Positions 53,388-63,483 of a DNA stretch of 64,000 nucleotides are shown piece by piece; position 1 is the first letter of the stretch; each line of letters begins with the position of its first letter. The notes beneath the pieces are model-generated. The model did no database searches. It was not told the origin of the DNA and was given only the letters and a program-made list of their open reading frames with translations. The DNA is from an uncultured Bacteriovoracaceae bacterium (GTDB lineage: Bacteria; Bdellovibrionota; Bacteriovoracia; Bacteriovoracales; Bacteriovoracaceae). The DNA lies in contig CAXGUD010000017.1 of the NCBI GenBank assembly GCA_964012805.1, forward strand, positions 1 through 64,000, written 5' to 3'. A program made the position numbers and the translations under genes.

Positions 53388-56300
53388 CTTGAGGAGTACA
53401 TAAATTTTTGAAAGAACAAATTGGACAGTGATTTCTATTCATCAAATTTAGATGTGATAACCTTGTAAGATACCGAGTCATTTTATCAAGAACATCGCTA
53501 AAACCAAGCTGAAACTCGACGACATCTTCAGCATCAACATAAAGCAAAGAAATACTTATATCTGAACTTTTTTCTAATAAATTTAGCTCAAAGCAAGCCA
53601 TGGCATAAGCATACAATTGGAATATATAAACCTCCTCATTTTCTTTACTTCTCTCCCCTGTTTTAAAGTCTATAATTCGGAATATTTTTCCTATTTCATT
53701 TGGAATAAGAATTAGATCTGGTTGGCCACTCATCATAAAGTTAAAAAATGGAAATTTTAATAATTTCTCAAATGATAAAATATAGCTTTTTTCAAAAGAA
53801 CTGATCACTCTTATTGCGAATTTAAAATGCTCTGAATCTTCTAAATGAATACTATCTTTTGAGTAGTCACCACCAAAGTATCGCTCCAGAAAAGAATGAA
53901 CCATAATTCCTCTCTCTTTGGAGGATCTATTAGAAGGGTGACTTGATGATTTATCATATGTATTGCGGTTTAACTCAAAAGTTTCAGCTGGGTTACTTTT
54001 AGCACCAACCAAGGTATCAAGAATATTTAACTCTTCCTCATCCAACTTGCAGATATTTTCTAGATAAAACTTTTTCGGACACCTTATTAATGAAGATAGT
54101 TTAGTAACAGAAATTTCAGAGAGAACTCCCATTTTCCCTTCGTTAATGACCATATTATGGTCACATCGAAGTGAAGTTTTTCCTGAAAGACCCAATGGGT
54201 TAAGTTGATAAAGGGGAGGAAAATTTAAAGCTTCTCCTATATTGGAGGCAGTATCATCCCAAACTACTTCGCTATAACTTGTTCCTAGTTGGACTTTATT
54301 GTGTTCAGGAGAGCTTTTGAGATCACTTTCCCATAGTCTAAGGTAAGATATCCAGCTTTTTTCGAAGCTACATATTTTCTTATTACCACTTTCCAAATCA
54401 ACCCAAAAGAGATTTTTCTTAGCTCTGGTGCAAGTTACGTAAAAAAGCCTCTTGTCCTCCCCATCATTCTTTTTTTTGTTTAAGTAATTTTCATATACCA
54501 ACTGTGGAGACTTAAATGGCTTCTTTTGGGAAATGTCTCCTTTCCACCTATAGCTCCCTGGCAATTTACCAATAAAGGTACTGTCTGAAACCACTCTCCC
54601 ATTAGTATGTATTCCGCCAATTATAACTGAGTCGAACTCAAGCCCTTTGCTGGAGTGTGAAGTCAAAATCTTTACTTTTCCAGGACTGCTTCCTGACTTA
54701 AATTCAAAATTTTCTTTTTTTATACTTATTTTTTCCAATTCCCTCCAAAGGAGATGGGAATTCTCTTTTGTAGACTCACAACAAACTTCCAAGGCATTCA
54801 TTTGATCAGAGTATATTCCACAAAGCCTTAATTGAAACACAGCCCTTTTAAACGACTCAAAAAAACCATAATCTCTCACATCAGAGTAGAATGTATTAAT
54901 AAGGTCTACTCCGTCGTAATTAAAGTTTATTTTCAAGTGATCTAGATAACACCTTAATATAAAATTAAAATATTCGTGGTATTTTCCTAATGATCCACAC
55001 TCCTCTAAAATCGTTTCCCTTTCAATATAGGCTTCAACGAATAAATGAAAAATACCAAAAATAGGATTTTCATGGTGTGGTATTTTTACTTGAGCAGAGA
55101 AACCCATTTTATTTCTGAGCAAAAGTGAAATTAAACTAATTGAAGCAGATAGTTTTTTATATAAGATAGCTATTTCATGATCAGAATTATCTTTTTGAAT
55201 CTCTAAGATTTTTTCAAAAATGACTGATGATTCAATACACTCTATTTCATTACTCGATAGCTTTTTATTATCCTTAGACTCTTTTTTTATTATTATATTT
55301 ACATTTATTTTCTCAACTTTTCCTAAATTTTTGGACTTAGGAGCTACTTGATCTTCCCAATGATCTTTCAAAACACTATCTTGCCCTAATACATAGGAAA
55401 ATAGACTATTATTAAAGTTAATAATATTTGAATCGGACCTATAATTATTTAATAAATTTAGTTTATGTTTTAAGTGTTTTTTACATTCACTGAAAACGCT
55501 TATATCGCCTCCGCGGAAACCATAAATAGCTTGTTTTAAATCACCTACACAAAAAATTTTTTCAAACTGATTATTTAAAATCAATCTAATGATTTCAAAT
55601 TGGATCTCAGAAGTGTCTTGAAATTCATCTACTATAAAGTACTCATATTCTTTTCTTACCTTTTGCCTAATTATTTCCTGCTCTCTTAGTCCCTTAATCA
55701 AATAGTACTCAAGATCTGAGTAACCATACCCTTCATACCTATGATAATTACTATTCAAATAATAAAATATGCTATTTAGTATATCGTACCATTCAAAAAT
55801 ATAATTGGAGTTTTCCTCTTTTAAAAATGCCTGAAAACTTTCGTAATCATCTTTAATTATTTTCCTAAGCTTCTTTAATTTGTCCATTCTTTCATTTATT
55901 AAAAATAAATCTAACTTTTTTAAGGGGCCTCTTACTCCCTTAAAATCTTCAAAAAAAGTTAGGCACTCATCAATCATTCCTAAGTCTTTAGGGACTCCCT
56001 TTCTTTTTAAACACTCAAATGAGTTTAAATATTGAAACCATTTCTTATCATAAAAATCCTTGTATTCCTCTAAGCTGAATTCCTCTACAAATAGTTCTTC
56101 TAAGTTATTCAGATTTAATATCTTTCTAAAGAAAAGGCTAAAGCTATCTTTGGGATTCACTTTTTCACTATTAGTCTCCCAAAGAAGCCTTAATTCGGCA
56201 GAGTTAAAAATGTAGTAAAATGCATTCAAAACACTTTCAGAGTTTAATATCATAGAGTTAAGTATATTTTTCCTACTTCCTTTATAATTTGCAATCCAGT

Positions 56301-56772
56301 CATTAAATAAATTTTCTATTTTTGATTTCAGTGGCACTTCAGACAAAATCTGAATATTTGAGGGAACCAAATTAAAATAGCTTTTTGAAATAATTTTAAA
56401 GAAAAATCCATGAATTGTAGTTATCGACAAATAATTTAAATTTTTGGAAGCCAAATCCCAAGGGTTCTTAGAACCTAATTTCCATTCTTCTAACTCAAAA
56501 TCTATAGCAACCTTTACTCTTTCCCTAATCTCTGACGTGGCTTTTGTTGTAAAGGTCATAACAACGATTTTTGACAAAAAAATTCTTATTTTTTTTTCAA
56601 GGTTATCACTGCAACCATCAAGTAAACTTTTATTAGATTCAATAAACTTTCTTATTTTAAAAATTATATGATTGATTATAACGAAAGTTTTTCCAGAGCC
56701 TGCCCCAGCTTGAAGCATTACATTTCCGGTATTTTCTATAGCACATTTTTGCTCTTCGTTAGGAGACTTCAT
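53371..56772 (-). CDS. addA: UvrD/AddA-type helicase-nuclease
   Basis: AGAGSGKT, DEFQD, VGDLKQAIYGFRG, NYRS, HSSKGLEF, RLFYVTCTRA; C-terminal PD..DFK nuclease; start moved to ATG 56772 (GGGAG SD). Confidence 0.85.
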   Translation of the reverse strand: MKSPNEEQKCAIENTGNVMLQAGAGSGKTFVIINHIIFKIRKFIESNKSLLDGCSDNLEKKIRIFLSKIVVMTFTTKATSEIRERVKVAIDFELEEWKLGSKNPWDLASKNLNYLSITTIHGFFFKIISKSYFNLVPSNIQILSEVPLKSKIENLFNDWIANYKGSRKNILNSMILNSESVLNAFYYIFNSAELRLLWETNSEKVNPKDSFSLFFRKILNLNNLEELFVEEFSLEEYKDFYDKKWFQYLNSFECLKRKGVPKDLGMIDECLTFFEDFKGVRGPLKKLDLFLINERMDKLKKLRKIIKDDYESFQAFLKEENSNYIFEWYDILNSIFYYLNSNYHRYEGYGYSDLEYYLIKGLREQEIIRQKVRKEYEYFIVDEFQDTSEIQFEIIRLILNNQFEKIFCVGDLKQAIYGFRGGDISVFSECKKHLKHKLNLLNNYRSDSNIINFNNSLFSYVLGQDSVLKDHWEDQVAPKSKNLGKVEKINVNIIIKKESKDNKKLSSNEIECIESSVIFEKILEIQKDNSDHEIAILYKKLSASISLISLLLRNKMGFSAQVKIPHHENPIFGIFHLFVEAYIERETILEECGSLGKYHEYFNFILRCYLDHLKINFNYDGVDLINTFYSDVRDYGFFESFKRAVFQLRLCGIYSDQMNALEVCCESTKENSHLLWRELEKISIKKENFEFKSGSSPGKVKILTSHSSKGLEFDSVIIGGIHTNGRVVSDSTFIGKLPGSYRWKGDISQKKPFKSPQLVYENYLNKKKNDGEDKRLFYVTCTRAKKNLFWVDLESGNKKICSFEKSWISYLRLWESDLKSSPEHNKVQLGTSYSEVVWDDTASNIGEALNFPPLYQLNPLGLSGKTSLRCDHNMVINEGKMGVLSEISVTKLSSLIRCPKKFYLENICKLDEEELNILDTLVGAKSNPAETFELNRNTYDKSSSHPSNRSSKERGIMVHSFLERYFGGDYSKDSIHLEDSEHFKFAIRVISSFEKSYILSFEKLLKFPFFNFMMSGQPDLILIPNEIGKIFRIIDFKTGERSKENEEVYIFQLYAYAMACFELNLLEKSSDISISLLYVDAEDVVEFQLGFSDVLDKMTRYLTRLSHLNLMNRNHCPICSFKNLCTPQVAQIH

Positions 56773-59257
56773 TTGTACTCCCTTGGTTTTTGTCACATAT
56801 ATTTTTGTAGTCGCAATAATTACATATTTTTTTAGACCTGGGAGTCGCGAAGAATTCTTTCTCACTAAAAGCTTCGTGCATTAGTAGTCTTTCAAAGGTT
56901 AGAAATGAATCCACTTTTTCCTGCAAATCGTATTCTAGGGGCTTGGCATTTATTATGCTTAGAAATGGTCTCATTTCTTTTAATAAATCACCTCCAATTA
57001 TTTCCGGTCTGTAAAAGACTAAAGAGTCACTTAGCTCGTCTAAGTTTATGAAACCAAAAAATGTTATTTTCTGAATATCTAGTAGGAAATTACTCAAATA
57101 AAACCAAAGTTGAATATTTTTAAATTCAAAAAATTCTTTTTTGGATGGTTTACCGGCTGCGGACCTTTTAAAGTCGATTATTCCCATAAAGCTATCAAAG
57201 ATGGCTATAAGATCGATTCTTCCTTTAACATTTTTTATTTCCTTTTTTTTCTCGGGCGCTTGTTCGAAATGCAGGTTAATATTGGGTAAGCAACTTTTTA
57301 GAGATATAATTGACTCAACACCTTTTCTAGAAAAGTTCACTATCTCTAAAAAATTTTTCTTATAATCAAATGGACTTAGGTTGATACTTTCTTTTTTTAA
57401 AAAATCTTTGTATTCCTCATCTACTATTTTTAGAAAGTTATTTTCAGACCAATCCAAGCCCGAAGTAAAAAATGATTCAATTATCCTATGTTCTATGATT
57501 CCCTTCTTGTCATAACCTAGATACTCATTTGACTTAAATCTTGAATTAATTCCCTTGATATACTTAAAGTAAAACTTTCTTCTGCAATCATAAAACAATT
57601 GTAGGCTACTAGACGACCAAGTAAAATCAATCGGAAGTTTTTCATTGATAGTCTTTTTAAAAATATCAAACTTATTTTTTTCTCTAACCTCACTAATTGG
57701 AAATGAATCATCATGTGTATCATTTTTGAAATTACTCCAAAAAGGCTCATTGTTTAAATCGTCTTTTCCAATTAATAAAATCGTCTCCTTTTTCTTTAGT
57801 AATTCAGATATTTTTATTTTATTTATATCATCAATTAAACTCGATCTTTTAACTGGCCCAATAGAGCTAAGCAGTTCAAACAAATCTTCAGAAAAATGTT
57901 CATCTGAAGAGCTAAAGTAGTTTGACTCTCCTAAAGCAATCACTAATTTCAAACTCTCACTTCTGACTGAATCTACACTTTTTAGGTCCTTAATAACTCC
58001 TTTTATACCTGAACCAATTAAAGGAATGCTAAAGTTTCTTGGCAAATCAAGCTCAGTTACGTTTTTTAAAAGTTTTATTAAAAAAGGTGTGATACTCAGA
58101 TCTGTTTGATTATTTGAAAAAGACATGTGTATTGTTTTTATATTTTTAATATTTTTAATCAAACTTAAAAGGACTTTTACTCTTCTCAAAGATTTTATAG
58201 AGTCCTCTTTCTGCAATTCTTCACTTAAACTAACCTCTAAAAAATTAATTAAATAATCACTCTCTAAATTTAGCTTTTTTTCATTATAAATATTGACGAT
58301 AAATTTATCTGATAATTTACTTATTTCTGCATCTAAAATGCTCTGAAATAAATTATTTTTAATTTTGAAAAAAAATGAGCCAAAAGGGACTCTGCTTACC
58401 TTCGTAAAATCCAGTTCATTCGATGGAAAAATAACTTCGACTTCTTTGGATATTTTCTTCTCAGTTACTTTTTCATTGTAAATCGATTTTAATTCTTTTC
58501 CCAAGCTTTCATTTGATACAAACCTTATTTCATGACCATAATCATCTTTCGAAAATATTAATTTTTTTTGCTCCTGAATTGGTTCCATAATCCAATTGAT
58601 CCAATCATTAAAAGAAGATGCTTCGTAAACTTTTCTTGGAAAAGGAATAAAAACCTTGGCCTTCTCTCCAAGTGATTTAACAAAATCAATTTGCAAACCT
58701 GACATAAAGTCAAAACCCCAAAAAACAAAGCATTCTTCATCGTTTTTTTTTGTTTCAAGGTAGTATTCCGATATGCAACCTACAGCAGAGTGTTCATCAA
58801 TATAAAAATTATCTTCCATATAATCCCAAAAAGCTAAAGCACTTTTGAAACTATCCTTGGAACAAAGCTCTAGAGCTTCCGCAAAAATGCCCCTGTCCAA
58901 GGTATAGCTCCTCAATTCAGAGAACAATTTATATACCTTAAGGAACAAATAATCTGGGGACTTTGGCTCCATCTTCTTCCATAGAACACCGAAATGCATA
59001 AGAATTTCGACTTTGTGCAAAAACTTATAGTTCCCATTCCCCAAGAGTGGAATCACGTTTTTGAGCTGTTTTTGAATAAAATTTGAAATTGTCGTTGTAT
59101 GAACTTTAAATGGATCCAAATATTTTTGGACTATAAGCCTAATATCATCTGCTGAGTCAGGGCTGGGGCAAATAAAATTTATTTTCTTCTTCTCCCCTTT
59201 TAAGAAGTGAAGTTTGCATAAATCTTCGTGGCTATCCCACAAAATGACCTTTACCAT
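56759..59257 (-). CDS. addB: AddB-like protein: degenerate helicase body plus PD-(D/E)XK nuclease with Fe-S cysteines
   Basis: SSSSLQLFYDCRRKFY, GRIDLI..IIDFK, CNYCDYKNIC; overlaps the addA start. Confidence 0.75.
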   Translation of the reverse strand: MVKVILWDSHEDLCKLHFLKGEKKKINFICPSPDSADDIRLIVQKYLDPFKVHTTTISNFIQKQLKNVIPLLGNGNYKFLHKVEILMHFGVLWKKMEPKSPDYLFLKVYKLFSELRSYTLDRGIFAEALELCSKDSFKSALAFWDYMEDNFYIDEHSAVGCISEYYLETKKNDEECFVFWGFDFMSGLQIDFVKSLGEKAKVFIPFPRKVYEASSFNDWINWIMEPIQEQKKLIFSKDDYGHEIRFVSNESLGKELKSIYNEKVTEKKISKEVEVIFPSNELDFTKVSRVPFGSFFFKIKNNLFQSILDAEISKLSDKFIVNIYNEKKLNLESDYLINFLEVSLSEELQKEDSIKSLRRVKVLLSLIKNIKNIKTIHMSFSNNQTDLSITPFLIKLLKNVTELDLPRNFSIPLIGSGIKGVIKDLKSVDSVRSESLKLVIALGESNYFSSSDEHFSEDLFELLSSIGPVKRSSLIDDINKIKISELLKKKETILLIGKDDLNNEPFWSNFKNDTHDDSFPISEVREKNKFDIFKKTINEKLPIDFTWSSSSLQLFYDCRRKFYFKYIKGINSRFKSNEYLGYDKKGIIEHRIIESFFTSGLDWSENNFLKIVDEEYKDFLKKESINLSPFDYKKNFLEIVNFSRKGVESIISLKSCLPNINLHFEQAPEKKKEIKNVKGRIDLIAIFDSFMGIIDFKRSAAGKPSKKEFFEFKNIQLWFYLSNFLLDIQKITFFGFINLDELSDSLVFYRPEIIGGDLLKEMRPFLSIINAKPLEYDLQEKVDSFLTFERLLMHEAFSEKEFFATPRSKKICNYCDYKNICDKNQGSTNEVS

Positions 59258-59354
59258 ACTCTTATCCCTTTATTTACATAACGCAAAAAAATGTGTAGTC
59301 AGGAGAAGGTTTTTGCTTGAAAGTAATTTAAACAAAAAAGAATAGAGGAACCAT

Positions 59355-60197
59355 ATGTTGGCCGAATCCAAATTGTATAGCTTTCTAGATAGAAATAATG
59401 ACTTTTTAGTTCATTTTTTCGAAGGCCAGAAGCTTATTCAAGAGCTTGTTCTTATCCATGAGCTTAAGGATAAAGGGTTTTCTTATTTACGCGACCTTGT
59501 TCTTTCTACCCAACCAATGATCTCTCTTTTAAAACCTAATGAAGGCTTTGGAGTTTACATTGACTCAGAAGAACCTTATTTCCGTTGGAAAATTGAAACC
59601 AACTGGAATGGAAATATGAGAACACTTTTGGCTCCAGAAGATTTTAATATTATTCCTTCGAAAATAGATGGCGTCTGCCGCCTAGTTAAAATTCCTCCAA
59701 ATAACCAGAAGCCTTACACATCCTTTATTGAATTAAAGAAAAGTCAGTTTAGCGAAATTATTAACGGCATTCTCTCAAAGTCATTTCAAAACAAAAGCAT
59801 CATTAAAGTTTCTGATATAAGTGATCAAAGTATAATGCTTATGAAATTGCCAAAAACGAGTGTAGATAAAGAGTCTATAGACCCTTCTCCTTCTTTAAAA
59901 GAATACCTCCTCTTAAAAAACAATGAAATTCAAGAAGTTTTTCAAAAAGCTTTAAATAGTTCAGAGGAAGTTATTGATACTTTCACTTCAAAAGGTTATT
60001 CCCTTATAAACCAAAGGAAGGTTCAATTTCACTGTCCTTGCTCAAAAGATAGAATGTTATTCACCTTAAGAAACCTATACCAAAATAATAAAGAAGACTT
60101 TTTTAAACCTGACGAGACAACAATCGAAATGAAGTGCGATTATTGCAAAAAACTTTTTAACTTTGCTAAAGAGGAAATTATTCAGGTTCCTTCTTAA
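59355..60197 (+). CDS. hslO: Hsp33 family redox-regulated chaperone
   Basis: C-terminal CPC..CDYC zinc motif and typical length. Confidence 0.8.
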   Translation: MLAESKLYSFLDRNNDFLVHFFEGQKLIQELVLIHELKDKGFSYLRDLVLSTQPMISLLKPNEGFGVYIDSEEPYFRWKIETNWNGNMRTLLAPEDFNIIPSKIDGVCRLVKIPPNNQKPYTSFIELKKSQFSEIINGILSKSFQNKSIIKVSDISDQSIMLMKLPKTSVDKESIDPSPSLKEYLLLKNNEIQEVFQKALNSSEEVIDTFTSKGYSLINQRKVQFHCPCSKDRMLFTLRNLYQNNKEDFFKPDETTIEMKCDYCKKLFNFAKEEIIQVPS

Positions 60198-61209
60198 AAC
60201 CCATCGCAAGTAGAAGCCTTTTAAAAACACCCGCTTCATGATAAATACCACAGAAGTTTTCAGACGAAGCGCCTGTGGCCATTATAGGAGACATTAATGA
60301 TTCTCTTCTGTAAACGACGTTCTTTCCGCTCTTCTCAAATTGAAACCACTTTTTTCCTGAATTGGGAAATTCAAAATTTAAAGCGCCTGATCCACTAAAA
60401 ATAACCAGCATATCTTTTTCCTTCTTAGCCTTCGAAAGGAAAAAAGAATATGATTCCTCAAGCTCAAAAAGGAGATTTCGAACATCTAAAATTTTTTTAT
60501 TTTTAATGGCTTTTAAATAGTTAAAGTCCCTAATAATAAATACAAAGGATTTTTTTCCAACAGACCATCTTCTAAAAAGTGACTTTACATTACCTAACAG
60601 GGTGCTATCACAAAACTTAGTATTACAAGCTCTGTCAAAGTAAACATCGGCTTTAGGAAAAGATCCTTGCTCCAAAAAGTGAAAGTTATTCTTATCTACA
60701 TTTGGGATACTTTTATTTGAAAACCAGTAGTAAACATTTTTTTGAAAATTTGATTTCCCGCCAGAGCAATGCTCAAAAAGCTTTTCTGAGGAAAAATGCC
60801 CTTTTCCTCTTTCAAAAATACCAATTTTATTACTTTCCATATTTAGATAAGCCCAAAACGGTTTCTTATTAAAGTCACTGCAATTTGACTTTACGCTCTT
60901 TCTGCCAGTCATTTGCGTCATAAAACCTTCGAAGGGAGCTGGTCTTAATTTAAAAAGGTTGTATCTCCAAGTTTTTCCGAGACAGTGGCTTTCCTCAAAG
61001 CTCAGTTTATGGTTAGGGTTATTTCCTGAAAACTTAAGAAGACTTAGATGGCTTTCAGAAAACCCAGGTATTTGAAACCAGATAACTTTTTTGGACTTTA
61101 CATTAAAATCTTTTTCACGAAGGTTTAGTGTGGGGGAGGAAGCACAGCCAAAAATAAAAACCATAAACAGAAAAGGAAACCCTTTAACTAGGTAATTATT
61201 TAAAGACAC
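60178..61209 (-). CDS. Hypothetical lipoprotein with degenerate alkaline-phosphatase-like fold
   Basis: Lipobox IFGC; KKVIWFQIPG, MLVIFSG and PIMATGASSENFCGIYH resemble AlkP core strands. Confidence 0.6.
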   Translation of the reverse strand: MSLNNYLVKGFPFLFMVFIFGCASSPTLNLREKDFNVKSKKVIWFQIPGFSESHLSLLKFSGNNPNHKLSFEESHCLGKTWRYNLFKLRPAPFEGFMTQMTGRKSVKSNCSDFNKKPFWAYLNMESNKIGIFERGKGHFSSEKLFEHCSGGKSNFQKNVYYWFSNKSIPNVDKNNFHFLEQGSFPKADVYFDRACNTKFCDSTLLGNVKSLFRRWSVGKKSFVFIIRDFNYLKAIKNKKILDVRNLLFELEESYSFFLSKAKKEKDMLVIFSGSGALNFEFPNSGKKWFQFEKSGKNVVYRRESLMSPIMATGASSENFCGIYHEAGVFKRLLLAMGFKKEPE

Positions 61210-61446
61210 TTAAATCTCCATCACTCAAAAATATCACTAAACTTAACGGCGTTATACCCTATGTTATCAAAAAAATTCAATTAAACCTCCCCTAAAAAGC
61301 AATATCATTTCCTCCTAAAATTGATAAAATTTAGAAAAATTAAAAACCTTTTACTTTGAAGGGAAATTTTAATGCACAACACCTAAATTTACTTTTTGAT
61401 TCGTTAGTGGAATATTACGTTCGGGTTTTATATGGGGGTCATCAAA

Positions 61447-63483
61447 ATGAATGAAATTGGGACAGCAGCTTCTAGAGAGATCATGTGGAATATTCCATCA
61501 TCTTTCAAAGTTCTTATGTACGCTCTTCTTATCATCAGCTTTTTAGTTCTTATCCAAGGCCTTTATAAAAAACTAATGTTTGTTACAGGGGGAAAAGGAT
61601 TAAAAGGTATAAGAGGTGAAGGTAATCTTATTTCTTCTAATCTTAACTGGAAATCTTTTCTTCAAACAATTTTTTTCACAGGAAAAGTAACCAGGAAATC
61701 ATATGTCGGCTTTTTTCATTCACTTATTTACTACGGTTTTATGATCCTCTGGATAGCAACAGATTTAGTAGCAATTCATTACGATACACCCTTCAAAGTT
61801 TTTCAAGGACCTGTCTACATTGTGGTTTCATTTCTAGCAGATATTGCAGGCATTGCGATTCTCTTTGGATTAGCCTTTGCTTACCACAGACGCTATATAA
61901 AAAAGCCTGAAACCTTATCAGCAACTAATCCTAGGAATGAAATTTATATGTACTCATTGTTAGGGAGCCTCGTCATTATAGGCTACCTGATTGAGGGTAT
62001 AAGAATATATGCAACTGGTATGCCGTCTGGAGAGCAATTTTGGGCCCCTGTGGGGTATCTTTGTGCCAGCCTATTTGGGTTATTTTCAGCAACTGACCAA
62101 ACTTGGGCCTCTATTTATCGAGGACTATGGCTCATTCATATGGTTTCAACCATGGTCTTTGTGGCAAGCATAGGGCATACAAAGTTTTTTCACATCATAG
62201 GGATCCCCCTAAGTGCTCTCATTACTCCACAAAGAAGGGGTGCCGTTTTGAACCCCATGGATTTCGAAAATGAGGAAGCTGAAACTTTCGGCTTGGGAAA
62301 AATATCCGAAATGACCATGAAAAACAGGTACGACCTTTTGACCTGTGTAGAATGCGGCCGTTGCACAGAAGTATGCCCTGCAAACTTAAGCGGCAAAAAC
62401 TTAAACCCGAAAACTATCATAACGAAAGCTAGAGATTTTACAGAAGTGACGCTTTCATCAAATAAAGAAGATGGAGATTTTTGGGAAGAAAATCCAATCT
62501 ATGAAGCAAACGAACTTGATGCGTGCACCACCTGTGGAGCCTGTATGGAAGAGTGCCCCTCGAATATAGAGCACGTTAACATCATAATGGAAGCAAAGCG
62601 CTATAAGACACTTACGCTTGGTGAAATCCCTCCTTCTGCTGGAGACACCGTTAACAAAATTAAAATCAATGGAAACCCCTGGGGCATTGCCCAAGATGAC
62701 CGTTTTAAGTGGGCAGATGGGCTAGAGATACCTATCATAGAGCCTGATAAAAAAGTTGATTACCTCTACTATGTTGGATGTGCTGGCTCTTACGATGCCG
62801 CAAACCAAAAAGTTGTTCAAGACACTGTCACCTTACTTAAAAAGGCAGGGGTTGATTTTGCTGTTATGGGTAAGACGGAAAAATGTAATGGTGACCCTAT
62901 AAGAAGGTTTGGAGATGAATACTCATTCTTTGAGGTTGCTATTGAAAACATCGCCAACATGAATCAATACAAATTTGATAAGGTTGTCACTCACTGTCCT
63001 CACTGCCTCCACACAATTGGAAAAGAGTACGCGAAGTTTGAAGATGGCCAATTTAACACAATACATCACACAGAACTCCTAGCAGACCTCATTAGTGAAG
63101 GAAAGATCAAGCCAGCCAAAGAAATTAAGGAAGAGTTAACTTTTCATGATCCATGCTATTTAGGCAGACACCATGGTGAATACAATGCCCCTAGAGAAAT
63201 CTTAAATTCAATTGATGGGATTGAGATAAAGGAAATGCAGGCAAATAAAGATAAAGCCCTGTGCTGTGGAATGGGTGGTGGAAATATGTGGTACGAACTA
63301 CCAGAAGGGGAGCATATTGCTAAAAATAGACTTAGGCAAATTGGTGAAAAAAAGGTTGAAAAACTAGCTACTGGTTGCTCATTTTGCATGATAAACTTTA
63401 ATTCAACCAAAACCCAAGTTGAGGAAACGGAGACAATTGAAGTTGAGGACGTTGCTTCCATTCTTGCAAGGTCGATGGACTAA
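61447..63483 (+). CDS. Membrane Fe-S oxidoreductase (FadF / heterodisulfide-reductase-related)
   Basis: Multiple TMs, CVECGRCTEVCP and CTTCGACMEECP ferredoxin motifs, CCG-type domains (YYVGC, FHDPC, CCGMGGG); start 61447 or 61432. Confidence 0.92.
   Translation: MNEIGTAASREIMWNIPSSFKVLMYALLIISFLVLIQGLYKKLMFVTGGKGLKGIRGEGNLISSNLNWKSFLQTIFFTGKVTRKSYVGFFHSLIYYGFMILWIATDLVAIHYDTPFKVFQGPVYIVVSFLADIAGIAILFGLAFAYHRRYIKKPETLSATNPRNEIYMYSLLGSLVIIGYLIEGIRIYATGMPSGEQFWAPVGYLCASLFGLFSATDQTWASIYRGLWLIHMVSTMVFVASIGHTKFFHIIGIPLSALITPQRRGAVLNPMDFENEEAETFGLGKISEMTMKNRYDLLTCVECGRCTEVCPANLSGKNLNPKTIITKARDFTEVTLSSNKEDGDFWEENPIYEANELDACTTCGACMEECPSNIEHVNIIMEAKRYKTLTLGEIPPSAGDTVNKIKINGNPWGIAQDDRFKWADGLEIPIIEPDKKVDYLYYVGCAGSYDAANQKVVQDTVTLLKKAGVDFAVMGKTEKCNGDPIRRFGDEYSFFEVAIENIANMNQYKFDKVVTHCPHCLHTIGKEYAKFEDGQFNTIHHTELLADLISEGKIKPAKEIKEELTFHDPCYLGRHHGEYNAPREILNSIDGIEIKEMQANKDKALCCGMGGGNMWYELPEGEHIAKNRLRQIGEKKVEKLATGCSFCMINFNSTKTQVEETETIEVEDVASILARSMD

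Noticed and set aside
56773..56865. Extended N-terminus of addA given in the ORF track
   Set aside because: Would overlap addB by over 100 nt; ATG 56772 has a good SD and starts at the typical PNEEQ motif
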